Position numbers and translations under genes: made by a program. DNA of 61,217 bases, filler included, from Nemertoderma westbladi (taxonomy: Eukaryota; Animalia; Xenacoelomorpha), in assembly GCA_032718475.1 (NCBI GenBank). It is 3 parts of 3 records of this genome, joined end to end, with 100 filler letters (N's around TTAATTAATTAA, not from the genome) between each part and the next. Parts side by side here need not be neighbours in the genome. Positions count along the whole stretch, not along the records: positions 1 to 25,984 come from JAUCBJ010003633.1; positions 26,085 to 44,830 come from JAUCBJ010005548.1; 1 more part is not named here. One strand, written 5' to 3'. The notes below the pieces were generated by a model, which was not told the DNA's origin, ran no database searches, and saw only the letters and a list, made by a program, of their open reading frames with translations. Shown in pieces: positions 13,570 to 26,138 of the stretch (the stretch's first letter is position 1; each line of letters opens with the position of its first letter).

Positions 13570-14709
13570 ATGCTTTCTCTGTACCAGACGGCTTCCATGA
13601 TGGAGCTTCAGAATGCCGCCGTCGACTTTATGGCGATGGGTACTCCTATGATCCCCTGCGCCACAACAGGCGGCAGTATGCCACTCGGGTGGCAACAAAC
13701 GCCCACGTACGACGCCCTGCAGATGAACCAAATCCCGTTGCGGGACGAGGTGGGAATGTCCCGGGCCAATCTCATTGTCAACTACCTGCCGCAGAACATG
13801 GGCGAATCCGAGGTGCGCATCCTCTTCCAACCGCACGGCGAGCTGGAGAGCTGCAAACTGATACGGGACAAGAACACCGGGGCGAGCATGGGCTACGCAT
13901 TCGTGCAGTACAGGCGTGAGGAAGACGCGGCGAAGGCGATACAAGCGCTAAACAGTCTGCGAGTCCAGAACAAAACCATTAAAGTATCGTTGGCGCGTCC
14001 GAGTTGCCCGCAGATAAAGGGCGCAAATCTGTACATCAGCAACCTCCCGAAGTCGATGTCACAACCGCAGCTCGAGTACATGTTCAGTAAGTGCGGTAAG
14101 ATAATAACCAGCCGGATTCTCGTCGACCAACAGAGCGGGTTGAGTCGCGGGATCGGGTTTATTCGCTTCGATCACAGGGCCGAGGCCGAGAAAGCGATCG
14201 CGGACTTCCACGGGTTCGTCCCGGAGGGATGCCTCGAGGCCATGAGCGTGAAGTTCGCGAACCCGCCGAACAACAACGCGGGGGGGAAGGGGGTCTACGT
14301 GAGTCAGCAGCGCACGGCGACGGGGGGGCCGTTGATGCACCCGCGGAACGCGTTCCGTCTGGTGTCCGCGGCGCTCCCGTACGCGGTGGGGAACGACGTG
14401 CTCCACGGCCGCGTGCTGCCCAACCCCAACGGGTGGCCGCTGTTCGTGTACAACCTGGCCCCCGACGCCGGGGAGCAGGGCCTCTGGGAGCTGTTCGGCC
14501 CGTTCGGCGCGGTCACCAGCGTGCGCGTCATACGCGACAAGGACAGCGCCAAGTGTAAGGGGTACGGGTTCGTGACGATGCCCAACCCAGACGAGGCGGC
14601 TCTCGCGATCGCCTCCCTCAACGGCTCCATACACAATAACAGAATGCTACAGGTATCCTTTAAGACCAACAACCGAAAGGGTTTCAGCTCAACTTCTTCC
14701 AGTCCTTAG
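13570..14709 (+). CDS. elav: ELAV/Hu-family RNA-binding protein (3 RRMs), intronless CDS
   Basis: NLIVNYLPQ, MGYAFVQY, IKVSLARPS, ANLYISNLPK, RGIGFIRFD, LFVYNL, KCKGYGFVTM and LQVSFKT motifs; RRM1-RRM2-hinge-RRM3 layout; U-rich downstream region. Confidence 0.96.
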   Translation: MLSLYQTASMMELQNAAVDFMAMGTPMIPCATTGGSMPLGWQQTPTYDALQMNQIPLRDEVGMSRANLIVNYLPQNMGESEVRILFQPHGELESCKLIRDKNTGASMGYAFVQYRREEDAAKAIQALNSLRVQNKTIKVSLARPSCPQIKGANLYISNLPKSMSQPQLEYMFSKCGKIITSRILVDQQSGLSRGIGFIRFDHRAEAEKAIADFHGFVPEGCLEAMSVKFANPPNNNAGGKGVYVSQQRTATGGPLMHPRNAFRLVSAALPYAVGNDVLHGRVLPNPNGWPLFVYNLAPDAGEQGLWELFGPFGAVTSVRVIRDKDSAKCKGYGFVTMPNPDEAALAIASLNGSIHNNRMLQVSFKTNNRKGFSSTSSSP

Positions 14710-15848
14710 CTTTTATCGCTGTTTTATACTCGACGCTTCGATTTTTCCCGATTTTACAGGTTGAATTTCACTCCCTCGATATTCCGTAATTTATCTATAC
14801 TCCCCGGAATTCTATTGAATCTCAGTGTGTCTGTCCCATTCTAATAATTAAACCAAGTTGATTGGATTTTATCAAAGTATTAATAGATTGCAATACTTGG
14901 TGATATCCGCGTCTGTCTGTAGCTGACGATGCGATATAATTACATTATTTCACGCAGTGAAATATTCCTGATTAATTAATTAGATAAATTACCGAATATT
15001 CGGTGGAATTTTCCCTGTTTTTGGGTCTAATTTTAACGTATTTTCTGAGTTTCAGACACTTCCGCCCAAAACCTTCTATAGTTGTGGCAAATTTCTTATT
15101 TATATTTACAGTCGTTCATAAAGTATTTGTATTTTCATTCAATGTAGGTTTTTTAATGAAAAATTGATGCAGTTCAATTTAATTAGAATTTTTGATAAAC
15201 AACTAAACTAAATATTGGAATAGTGAAAATGTATATTTATTAATTAATATAATAATAATAATAATAACATTCAGTCTGTTTGTTTATCTGGTTTACTGAA
15301 TGTATTTATATTCGCGAATATTAATGTCCCTTTGGAACTTAATATCTTATAGGAATTTGCGTTTAAAGAATCAAATTATCCCAAAATTATGTGCAATATT
15401 CATCTATTTTGGTGGTATTAATTAATTTAATTGTCTTCCTGCCTGTTTGTAAACAATTAGAAGTGAAATATAATAAATATATATAATATAAAGGAATTCT
15501 TTCGAAATTAATTGTTTATTTTTGCCGAATTCCATTCGATTTCATAAAATATTAATTTTAAAACATTTTCATTTGATTTTTTCCGCATTATTCTTACATT
15601 TTTCTACATAGAATTTGGGAGTTTTTCTTCATATTATATATTTTTCGGTCTGTGTTATCTGGGTGTTTCTCTCTCTCTCTCTTGTCAGTTACCTGTCCTC
15701 CAGGCAATGTTTTAATTGTTCATAATAATTATGTTGCCGATAATTTTATTATTATTATTGTTTTTTTTTCTCTTTCAGATAATTTTCGGTTTATTTTACG
15801 AAGTCGTGTAATTCTCGTGTCCCGTAAACCCTTGTGCTATAACTGCTA

Positions 15849-15897
15849 GGACTGTCGGCTAGTCGGACTGTCGGCTAGTCGGACTGTCGGACTGTCT
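15849..15897. repeat. 16-bp tandem repeat GGACTGTCGGCTAGTC x~3
   Basis: Direct tandem copies. Confidence 0.8.
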
Positions 15898-16543
15898 AGT
15901 AGGTAGGCCTGTTGGCGTATTATTATATTCGTTACTTTCTCGTCTATTTATTTATTTCCCGTAAATATTTATTGATTGTGTATCAATGTTATTATTTGGT
16001 CACATTATTATTATTATTAATTCTCCAGGCAGTTTGGGTTATAATTTATTGGTTATGTAAAGTTTTTGTCGTCGCAGGATGATTTATTTATATTCGCAGG
16101 TATTAAATTAATTACTTAATTAATTTTAATTAGATACTTAAAGGGCCGCTGTTTTACTTTAATAAACATAGAAGGTATGCGAGTGAGCCTCTGTATATAT
16201 GCAAAGCATTCCCTTTATAATAAATTCACACAGGTATATAAACAATGACATTATTGTCTTTTTCATCTGTGCAGGGAAATAAATTACATATAATTTCGTT
16301 TCCAATATGTTGTTTAACCGCTTTATTAGTTGTTGCTTTTACGGCCAATATATATTTTATTGTTGTTTCAACAACTCGGCTTCCATGAGCTTCTTATTTA
16401 TTGTCAGCCGTCGAATTTTAATCTTTTAAACTCTTGGTACATAATCTTTCAGTTTCGAGTGTTTGGTAATCTTTCAGTTTCGTGTATTTTGTGTTTATAG
16501 TGACTATATTTGATATTATAATAGACGAATGTTTACTACTCGG

Positions 16544-16637
16544 TATTTGGTACAGACACAGTGCTATTTGGTACACACACAGTGCTATTTGGTACAGACA
16601 CAGTGCTATTTGGTACACACACAGTGCTATTTGGTAC
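16544..16637. repeat. 21-bp minisatellite TATTTGGTACA(G/C)ACACAGTGC x4.5
   Basis: Direct tandem copies with alternating G/C variant. Confidence 0.9.
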
Positions 16638-16909
16638 ATTTAGTGCCCTAAAGGTTTGTTTGCTACAGTTAGTTAATATTTTGGTATTTTTCAGACAGTG
16701 CTATTTCCTATTTTGATACTCATAGTTCGTGATTAGCTAATAAACGCCTTTCATCTAATATATTTATAATTAACATTTAACAGCTGTTTATTATTGCTAT
16801 TGGGTCAGTTTGCGAAGCTTCAATAAGTTTAAGTTAATTTCAATCGAGTTTTTGAGTGAAAGTTTTCATTTTTGTGTCATAAATTAATAAAATAAGGCTT
16901 CTTCCTTCC

Positions 16910-17822
16910 GGGTGAATAAAAAATAGACCAAAGACCCAATTATAAAGACCTGCATAACATTGTAACATGTGTTAACTTTTGTTTATTGTTTTGGTTCCCC
17001 CAACATGCCTCTGTAACCTGCTCCTTTACTAACCTGCTCCTTTAAATTGCAATGGGACCTAACGCTCTTTGGGGCCTAACTCTCTTTGGGACCTAACGCT
17101 CTTTGGAACCTAACGCTCTTTGGGACCTAACGCGCTTTGGGACCTAACGCTCTTTGGGACCTAACCCACTTTGGGACCTAACGCTCTTTGGGACCTAACC
17201 CACTTTGGGACCTAACGCTCTTTGGAACCTAACGCTCTTTGGGTCCTAACGCTCTTTGGGACCTAACGCGCTTTGGGACCTAACGCTCTTTGGGACCTAA
17301 CCCACTTTGGGACCTAACCCACTTTGGGACCTAACGCTCTTTGGAACCTAACGCTCTTTGGGACCTAACCCACTTTGGGACCTAACCCACTTTGGGACCT
17401 AACGCTCTTTGGAACCTAACGCTCTTTGGGTCCTAACGCTCTTTGGGACCTAACGCGCTTTGGGACCTAACGCTCTTTGGGACCTAACCCACTTTGGGAC
17501 CTAACCCACTTTGGGACCTAACGCTCTTTGGAACCTAACGCTCTTTGGGTCCTAACGCTCTTTGGGACCTAACGCACTTTGGGACCTAACGCGCTTTGGG
17601 ACCTAACGCGCTTTGGGACCTAACGCTCTTTGGAACCTAACGCGACTTTACCTCTTTGTTTTCTACGGTTCCCAAAGAGTGTTAGACCCCATTGCCATTT
17701 AAAGGAGCAGGTTAATAAAGGAGCAGGTTGCAGAGGCGTGTTGGGGGAACCAAAACAATAAACGAAAGTTAACACATGTGTTTTGTACAGGTCTTTCTTT
17801 AGTCTTTGTTTTCTACTCACCC
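16910..17822. mobile_element. MITE with ~150-bp TIRs carrying an internal 17-bp satellite
   Basis: GGGTGA.TA.AAAA... / ...TTTTCTACTCACCC termini; imperfect ~9-bp flanking duplication CTTCCTTCC/CTTCCTGCC; relative without the array at 37834-38114. Confidence 0.82.
17054..17649. repeat. 17-bp minisatellite GGGACCTAACGCTCTTT x~35
   Basis: Parsed unit by unit; five recurrent variants. Confidence 0.95.
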
Positions 17823-20800
17823 TCTTCCTGCCTACGGCTCATACTAACTGCGCGATTATAGTTCTAAACGAATTTGTATCTATTTTCTTCTACACAATGA
17901 AATTTCATACTTTTCCAATTAAGATTAATATTATTTTGTTTTTGTGACTATAAATTAAATGGCCAGTTACCTTAGTTACGTTAATGTCTTTATTTATTAT
18001 TAATTTATCGGAATTTGTTTATTTATGTGCCGCATGTGTTATAAGAAGCTTTTTGTTATGTTAATTTTAGGTTTCGATTTTTTTTTTGTAAATTTCTGTT
18101 TATGTAAAGAAGGTAATTAATTATTAATGGTAACTTTAATTTAATTAATATTTGGTTTTATGGCTGTCATTATGTTTTCTGTTTATTTTTTTTTGGCTAA
18201 GGTTGGTATCTTTTTGTGTTTTATCTTATATTATTATTATTATATAATATTGTGTCTCTATAAGTTATATGAAATTTGTTTATATTTAAAATAATGTTGG
18301 AGCTTCGATTAACAATTTTTTGAACTATTTTTAACCGTAGTAGATAGGCGCTCTAGAGCTGCAACTCAGCTGTCACGGGCTACTTGAGAGGAATCTGTCA
18401 GAGTAACATAAGAGTTCCTCGGTACATCGCTCTGCACCTGCCGTGCAATCTCGTAGAAGTTGCTTAATATGGTTCCCGGATAGGTTTGGGGTTGTTATTT
18501 ACCGTATACTTCCTGAATTATTCCAAACCCGCACCTCCTATTCCGTACAAGCGTTTGTTGTGCTACGGGGATGAAAGTGTTTCTCGAGTGTTTCTTGAGT
18601 CCTCTAAGTAAAAGTACCTAAACCTTTATGACACTAATCCACGGGCGTTGTTACATCCCGGATTCTCGTACGATCCTCAAAATGTGAATAATTAACAAAA
18701 ACTGATGTTGATGTTTCCACTAACAACGCCTTGGGTACTAATATACCATCATCATGTTCATAAAGGGATGAGTACTTGCTTTTTCATTTGACATATTACT
18801 GATTTTTTGGCCTTTATCCTGAGTTTGTTGGGTCAGATTACTTTCTGAGAAGTACGGCCAATAAATTCAACTAAACTAACTAACGATACATACTTTTTGT
18901 TTAGCGAATAACATTAATAATTGTAATAATAACTGCGAACTGGTTCATAGCATAAAATTCAAATTTCCTACAATTTATATCTTTAAATAGTTATATATCA
19001 TCCGAAAAGGAAGAAAATAACCTTTAACCTGGTGAGACTAAGAATGGTTGCACTGACTTATCATGATAAAACGCCGTTAGGAAAATATAGGAAATTTTAC
19101 CACACTTTATTACCGCGTAGTTTAGCATAAACGGAGTTGAGCCTATTCCACTAATGTTGTAAAACACCACAGCATGCATACGACACCAACTCAGAATGGT
19201 TTTATTGTAACTCATATTGGAGTTACTGGTTCCCATCGAATCACATGCATGATGGAAAGATTTTTGTTTTAGATTTTTTTTTTACAATAGTGTGTGAAAC
19301 GAAAGCACCACTCAGTTCCATAATTCCTACCAATCGCTTTGCCCTACTTACTGTACCACCATAGTCGGAATAGATTGGATTTTTTTAAATCGTTTTCGAA
19401 AAATCTTTTCGATTTTAATATCTAAATATTATTAGCTAAGAATCTCTAAAGAGAGATTGTTAACCTTTATCTTTAGAATTAATAATATATTAATGGATGT
19501 GTGTGCCGGCATACGCACATAACATACTAAGGAACCAACAATTATACTCATCGATCCGTCTCTATATCCCCACAACATGGCACTGATAATTTTGGTGCAT
19601 TCTTTCTGGTTGGTGATTACGGAATATATTACGTTTGTTGCCCCGTTCTAAATATATTAGATTGGATTTATTGACAAGTCCTCCAGAGTAATTACATAAG
19701 TACGGCCCGGCCCGCAAGAAGTCAGTTTGAATGCTAGGCGATTCTTATTAAACCAGCGTGTTACGCCGAATCATCGGCCATTGTCGAACAGCCATCCCGC
19801 TATTAGATTCAGTGGAGAAGGAATCTCACCAGCTGCGCCCTCTGCTTACTATATTGCCTTAATGGCCTCTCTCTCTCTCTGTCCCTCCCAGAAAGGTCTC
19901 CATCCACCCCATCTGCCCACTCGGATCAATACGACTGACTCAGTGTACACACACACACCGAGTAGGAATTATTTCGGATCATCGCCTTTGCCTCGTACAA
20001 CCTTACATACCCCTTGTCTCAGACACACACAGCTACGCCGCTTCCCTCCTTAGGGACCCGCTGGCCTTACCTACTCCCTACCTGGCCGCGTGAATTTCCC
20101 TTTCTATATGGGCAGTAAGTGACGTCCTCTTGAGGCCGGTTGCCTGCTTTTGTGTTCCGCCTGGAGTATTCTACCCACTTCCTCTCCATGTACCCCCCCC
20201 CCCCCCCTCACCTCCCATATCTGTTGAGAAAGTGGTCGCTTATCTTTCCCCAAACAATTCGCTTTTATTCCTGATTAGGTCACAAACAACCTTCAAGATT
20301 TCCAATCGCCCCTATTATAGAATTCGATATTTCTTTTGGATCCCGGTTTCCTAGTATATTTTACTTATTCTTTGATAACTGAAATTTTGTTCGGTGAAGG
20401 ATTTCATAGCCCAGTTTCCTTGCAGAATAAAAGCCATACGAATTTCTTAGAGAATAAAAGCCATAAAAATGGATCAGACAGTCACTCACTTTCAGTATGC
20501 TATGAAGACACCCAAATACTGAAGGATCAGTTCCGGTCTACTTTCATTTACTGCTTCGTTATGAGGCATGATGCGGTTGTTATTGTAGTAAATAATAACA
20601 TGTGGTGATTTATATCAGATCTCCGGACTGAGGTAAACAATCACAAATATGGGGGCTGTCTTATCGTTATCAAAATACAAAACTCGTACATTACTGCCAA
20701 CTCTCATGGGCCTCTTCATAGACTCACTCACACACTACTAACGATTAGAGAATGCTAGCAGTAGCATCGTATATTTATCTATTCCACACACGGCACTTCT

Positions 20801-22474
20801 TCCCGCATTCCCGCTGCTAGCGAAATCAAAAAGTTACCCTTGGACAATGAATATGAATCAATAAGGCCTTCCTTTAGGATGCTTGCTCGCTTATTAACTC
20901 TATTGTCAATTTCGCAACCCACAGCGATAGTCGTTTTGTGTCAATCTTTTGTATCTCCCATAAAAATTTAAACTTTTAACTCAATAATTCTTAATCTAAA
21001 TGCAAAATGGGTAACGTGTCAGTTTCCATTCCCGTGGCTTTCCGCTACAGATTGGGCCTATGTAATCCCAGGTGCCAGCCCTGACATTCAACTAGCTACT
21101 TATTTACACTGTTAACCTTTGATGCACAGCAGTAGTATGTAAATCGCGGCACAGCTAATTACAAATTCCCCAATCCAATCTTCATTAAAGCAACCTGCAT
21201 TAGGTTGCTTAACGATATGTATAACCAAGTCCCAGCTGAAGGCAGCTTGTGATTGCCGCCTTTTTCGCAACGGGCAGCTTCCATCCCAGCGTCTCATTAG
21301 ATATTCATAGCTGGACCACGCAACCTGTCTGCTCAGGTCTCCCCATTCGGTGTAATACGCAGGAGCAGCGGTACTTAGGCCAGTAGGCGTGTAGGCCCCC
21401 CGGACCGGGTTAAATTGGCAGCCATTCCGTTACTCCGTGTCGGGACTTGCTTGATTGTGGAGATTTATGTTGGCGATCTCCAATCACAAGGGGATTTACT
21501 TACGGAATTTTAAGTAAATATAAGTCGACCTTATTAATGGGGAACGCAGTAAAGCACCTAATCTAAACGACAGAGCGCGCTTGTTGAATGTAATATTACG
21601 CACTTGTATTACTTAATGTAATTCATAACATATAATGTAACTCCGAAAAAAAAAATGACATTACAGATTTTTGTTGTCTGGCTTTCAATCGTTTGTATTA
21701 CTCGCTTATGTGTGATAACGAAAAGGTCAAGATTTGGGTAGGGTTATATATATAATTTCAAATGTTTTTAATTGTTTACTGTTGCTTGACACTTGGGCTT
21801 ATAATAATAATGTTGTCCAGGTCGTTTGACTTATTTACTGGAGTTAATAAAATTGCACTGTCTGATAAATGAAGAGGTGTGTTCGAAAAGGGCCTCTGTA
21901 TGACAAATGTGACAACGTTAATTTTTTTGCTTAGCACAATGTAGTTTTTCATCCTCTACCCACCAGTAAGAGCTACGAAGCCGTATATCAACTTCTTCTA
22001 TGAGAAAACCGAAAAACAAAATTTGCATTTCTTGGATTGAGTTCGAAAAGTCACTAACTACCTACGACAGATGCTGTAGGTCATTTAGTACTTATTTGCG
22101 AATCAGCCGCAATTGCACAGCCGCAATTGCACAGCCGCAATTGCAATGAAATGTGACGTATGAAATTTGAGATTAAACAAAAATAAGTTAAAAATAGAAT
22201 GCAGTATAACTTTTCAAAATGTGACTCTTCTGGTCTGTCAACAGAATGAAATTATTAGTTTTATTCTAAATTTTCAATTTAGCGAGATTTTTACTCTCAA
22301 TGTGTTGGTTTTTATGAAAACAATAACTCAGCAATACTCGAGCTGAATATTTATTTAGTTGTTCTTCCCTCCTGTTTCACTCTAACGCCGTTAGGTCCGC
22401 TGTTAGAGATAGAATATATGCAACTTAAGACTGCCCGTTCAATAGAAGTGGATTAGGTGGGAGTTTGTGTGTCA

Positions 22475-22554
22475 GGGGCAAGTGGCTGAGCTGGTTACCG
22501 CTACTGATGAGGCCTGTTAGGCCGAAACGTAGGTATAGCGCTGGTTCAACCCCC
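22475..22554 (+). ncRNA. type I hammerhead ribozyme (Penelope/retrozyme-like)
   Basis: Stem I CGCTA/TAGCG; core CTGATGA (22504-22510); stem II GGCCT-GTT-AGGCC; GAAAC; 2-bp stem III with GTAG loop; cleavage triplet GUA (after 22535); stem I extendable through TGAGCTGG/CTGGTTCA and GGGG/CCCC. Confidence 0.85.
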
Positions 22555-23620
22555 GGTGACGCGCTTTCTCATTTTTTCCACTTCTGAACAAAACCATTTA
22601 ACATTACATAATTTATGAAAATAAACTGTTCGGCCTGCTTCTAATATATTACCAAATGGAATCACATGATGTAACAAGGAATGCTTCAAATTTTATGGCG
22701 CAATAACATTTAACATTGGATTAACACAAAATGTAATTGGTATAAAATATAACATAAATGTATTTTGTTATTACTGCCATCATTGGTGCCAAATATGAAC
22801 TTAGGCCTAAAGTTGGCACTAGTATTGAGAATATTACTTGGCAAATCCGTTTATTTATAAAAACATAAAAAAAAACACTTAATATTTTATTAGTTATGCT
22901 CCTGAGATTGTCTGTCTCTAACACTCTATTAATTACTTTAAATTAAACAAAATTAAAAAGCTTTAAATTGTATAAAATTCAATATATTTACCCAATGCAG
23001 CATTCATATTGCAACACCAATCAGAAAACCCCCTGAACATCCTGATTTATATTGTCAATAAAATCATCAAACCCAAATATACATCGAAAATATAGTAATA
23101 TATATGTAGATACTGTAGTTAGGTGAATTCCTAGCATACAGTACCGGTAGCTAAATGATTACATGTTTCCTCTGGGCAGTATAATTCTAGGGGGACCCTA
23201 CTGGAATTAAGACTTAGTGCGTAATCCCTGGCCTAAATTCAAACTTACTTTAAATGGCTAATCAATTGCATCGCAATCCAAGATTACATAACAATTATTT
23301 TATGCTAGCAGTCGTGCGTACACATTCAGGATTCTAGATCTTCACCAGTTCTCTCCATCAACAGCAGCCTGCACCCATCTGTATCTCTCCGCGAGGTGTG
23401 TTCATAAACAACAAAAATTAATGCAAGACAAAATTGTGATGGTTCATTGATGTCTTTCGATTCGTTTCAACTATTAATGTCGTTTGTACCTATTTAATGT
23501 AAAAAGTTAGAATTATTTGTTTGTGCGAAAAATACAATTTACCCCCATTTTTAATTTACTCTTTACTTATTGCCTATAATATTACCAATAAATATTGTTC
23601 GTCGCTCAGGTTACTCAAAA

Positions 23621-23710
23621 ATGTGCTTCTCTAATTATATAGTTTTCCACGGGGACGTCTCATATGTGCTTCTCTAATTATATAGTTTTCCACGGGGACG
23701 ACTCATATGT
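23621..23710. repeat. 43-bp tandem duplication
   Basis: ATGTGCTTCTCTAATTATATAGTTTTCCACGGGGACG(T/A)CTCAT x2. Confidence 0.85.
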
Positions 23711-24227
23711 TGAGGAGGTAGACTGGGAGATAAGTTTTTCGAACTGTAAAAAATCAAATAATTATATAATAGGGTTCGCCTTTCTAACTTACTTATGGTT
23801 CTATTCAATTTATAATATTGCGAAAATTAGCGATTTTTTATAGAATTAAATAATTCATATTGTCATCAATTATTACGGTATTCTATTTAAAAACTTAATG
23901 ATAGTCAAGTAACTATTCATATAATACGTATCTCCTTTCTCCACAAATAACAGCTGATTATTAATCAGCTGTTATTAATCATTAATCAGCTCTTATCATT
24001 GACATTCGTTTTTTTTATTTTGGGTAAAATAATCTGCCACTGTAACCTGCTATTTCCCTTAATTGGTAATTTAACATCAATACGAGATATTATTTTTCGA
24101 GATATGGGATTGCATCCATTTTTTCCCACATGTCTGGTTATTTTAGGTTAAGTTGTATTGAAGTTAAATTCCCATGTGGTACTCTGTTACCTTAACCATC
24201 TGTAACTCACCTTATTACATTATAAAT

Positions 24228-25095
24228 ATGAAATCACTATTAATATTTCTCATACTGATAGACGTTGCTATGGGCTCTTTTTTGTATGTAAAATTCAAGT
24301 TTAATGGATATAAACTAGTCGAACCGGATGGATCTCCGTTTACTAGACAATGTTTAGTTAAAGAAGACAGAGATAATATCAGAATACACGTTGATTTTAT
24401 TATTGAGGCCCAAAGTACATTGGATATTCCCGATGTTCTGGAGTTAGAAGTTACTGCTAAAGGTGGTAATGGTTACAACATAATTGTGTCGAATGCGATA
24501 AACGCTAATATAGATGTTTGTTCCATGAACAACGTTGTTGCTACTTCTTGTGATGGATGGAATACGACTGAATATACATCTAGTTATACAGATTTAGGAG
24601 GAGCTACAGGATTCATAACTGTTGGGTTGAATCCTCCTGTTTTGGAATCTGTACCGGATGAATTTGAGATAAGAATAAAATATTACATGACTCAATTGGC
24701 AGTTACTGCGGTACAACTTCAGAATAACACGGCCTTCCCCAATCAGACAGCTTTTCCACTGATCATACCTCTAACCCAATGTAGAGCGGATACTAAACCA
24801 GAGTGTAGCTGCGATGTACTGAGTTGTACTTATATAGAAGGCAGTTCAGCTATATTAACCTGTAAGTTATCGGATTGGGTACCGATACCGGTAGCTGGAA
24901 TTACATCAGGAGATTCTAGATGGAGTTGGTATAGTAACGGAGTTGCTATTGGTGGAGGGTTTAATGAATCACATGATACACTGAGTATAACTTGGCTGCT
25001 AAGTCGAGGAGATAATGGGGCAGAGTTTATATGTAAGGCGCGGAATATAGCTATAGAAGATGATAAATCCTGTGACACTACGATCGTAGTTCAAT
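24228..25095 (+). CDS. first coding exon of a secreted or cell-surface Ig-superfamily protein (partial)
   Basis: Signal peptide MKSLLIFLILIDVAMG; C2-set-like Ig domain (EGSSAILTC...WSWY...SRGDNGAEFICKARN...TIVVQ); phase-1 donor GTAAGT at 25096, typical of Ig exon ends; the rest of the listed ORF is intron/LINE. Confidence 0.8.
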
Positions 25096-25127
25096 GTAAG
25101 TTTGAGAAATCCATTAAACGTTATAAC

Positions 25128-25490
25128 GTACTACTACTACTACTAGGTCGAGCGAACTCGGACAGTGGAAATGAGATCCTTCCAGGCTTCCCGATTCTCC
25201 ATAGTTGTCGAAATTTCGTTTCTCCCAAGTTCAGTATCCCTTTCAAGTTGATCTATATATGTTATGGCTGGTCGTCCACAACTACGCTTTCCATGAGTTG
25301 GTTGCCAGAAAAGTAGATCTGGTATGATCTCGTCTTTACTTCTCCAGCAGTGCCCACTGAATCTTAATCTGCGTTCACCGATGGCGGTAGATACAGGTGG
25401 TATAGTGCCATAGAGCTCGGTGTTTGTCATGTGTTGTCTCTCCAGCTGATGTTAGATGCCTTTAGTAGTCTTGGGTAGCAACCATCACTT
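25128..25490 (-). mobile_element. RTE-clade LINE, 5'-truncated 3' end
   Basis: RRLRFSGHCWR...LLFWQP.HG.R..GRP C-terminal motif; (TAG)n tail at 25128-25146. Confidence 0.85.
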
Positions 25491-25879
25491 CGGTGTTCAA
25501 CTGATCTGATTCAAGTGATCGGGATTATCTGCATCTTCAAAGACTGTGTCCTTTAAGAGGCGTCTCAAATTCTCTCCATGAGGCCACGGAAACACATGAT
25601 CGCGCACAGGTAACCTACCTACTGATGGGGGCTACTGTGGGACCCTTCAGGATACCAATGATACATAATTACCATATGCTGCAATTATTATGCTCAGCAT
25701 AATTGCAGTATAAGGTATTCTTGATAAGCTACATTAATGATTCTGCAACAATTGTGTCTACTGCTATGGAAGACAGTTAATGCAGCAGGTACAGAAACAG
25801 TTCCTGTAGACACTCGAAGCAGAAAAATGCACTGTGGACTGCCCACACAATTCAGAAGTGCCGAAATGACCTATATAAG

Positions 25880-25955
25880 GCGCAGAAAGAGTCCCGACTC
25901 AAACAGACTACAGCGGCCAAGAATGCAGTTAAGGCTGCATATAGGTCCCTAAACA
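25880..25955. repeat. short dispersed repeat (inverted copy at 54753-54825)
   Basis: AGAGTCCCGACTCAAAC.GACTACAGCG.CCAA.AATGCAG shared between both sites. Confidence 0.7.
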
Positions 25956-25984
25956 TGCAGTACTCTGTTAATCTACAGGAACTA

Positions 25985-26084
25985 NNNNNNNNNNNNNNNN
26001 NNNNNNNNNNNNNNNNNNNNNNNNNNNNTTAATTAATTAANNNNNNNNNNNNNNNNNNNNNNNNNNNNNNNNNNNNNNNNNNNN
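25985..26084. other. artificial scaffold linker N44-TTAATTAATTAA-N44
   Basis: Exactly 100 bp; stop codons in all six frames; identical linker at 44831-44930. Confidence 0.97.
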
Positions 26085-26138
26085 TACTACGGTATTTTGC
26101 AACCTTATTGCCTACTGCAATAAGATTATAACTGTTAC

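Noticed and set aside
13518-14672. Overlapping and antisense ORFs on ELAV
   Set aside because: Expected from the high GC3 of the ELAV CDS; no recognisable motifs
17054-17649. Possible CRISPR or telomeric array (CCTAAC word)
   Set aside because: Contiguous 17-bp units with no spacers, enclosed by MITE TIRs
18350-18700. Balanced-GC, coding-looking stretch
   Set aside because: Only short frames and no identifiable domain
19700-20120. Possible LINE 3' end or HDV-like ribozyme
   Set aside because: No diagnostic protein motif; could not build the HDV double pseudoknot
25096-25316. C-terminal part of the 380-aa ORF
   Set aside because: Read-through past the splice donor into the antisense strand of an RTE LINE
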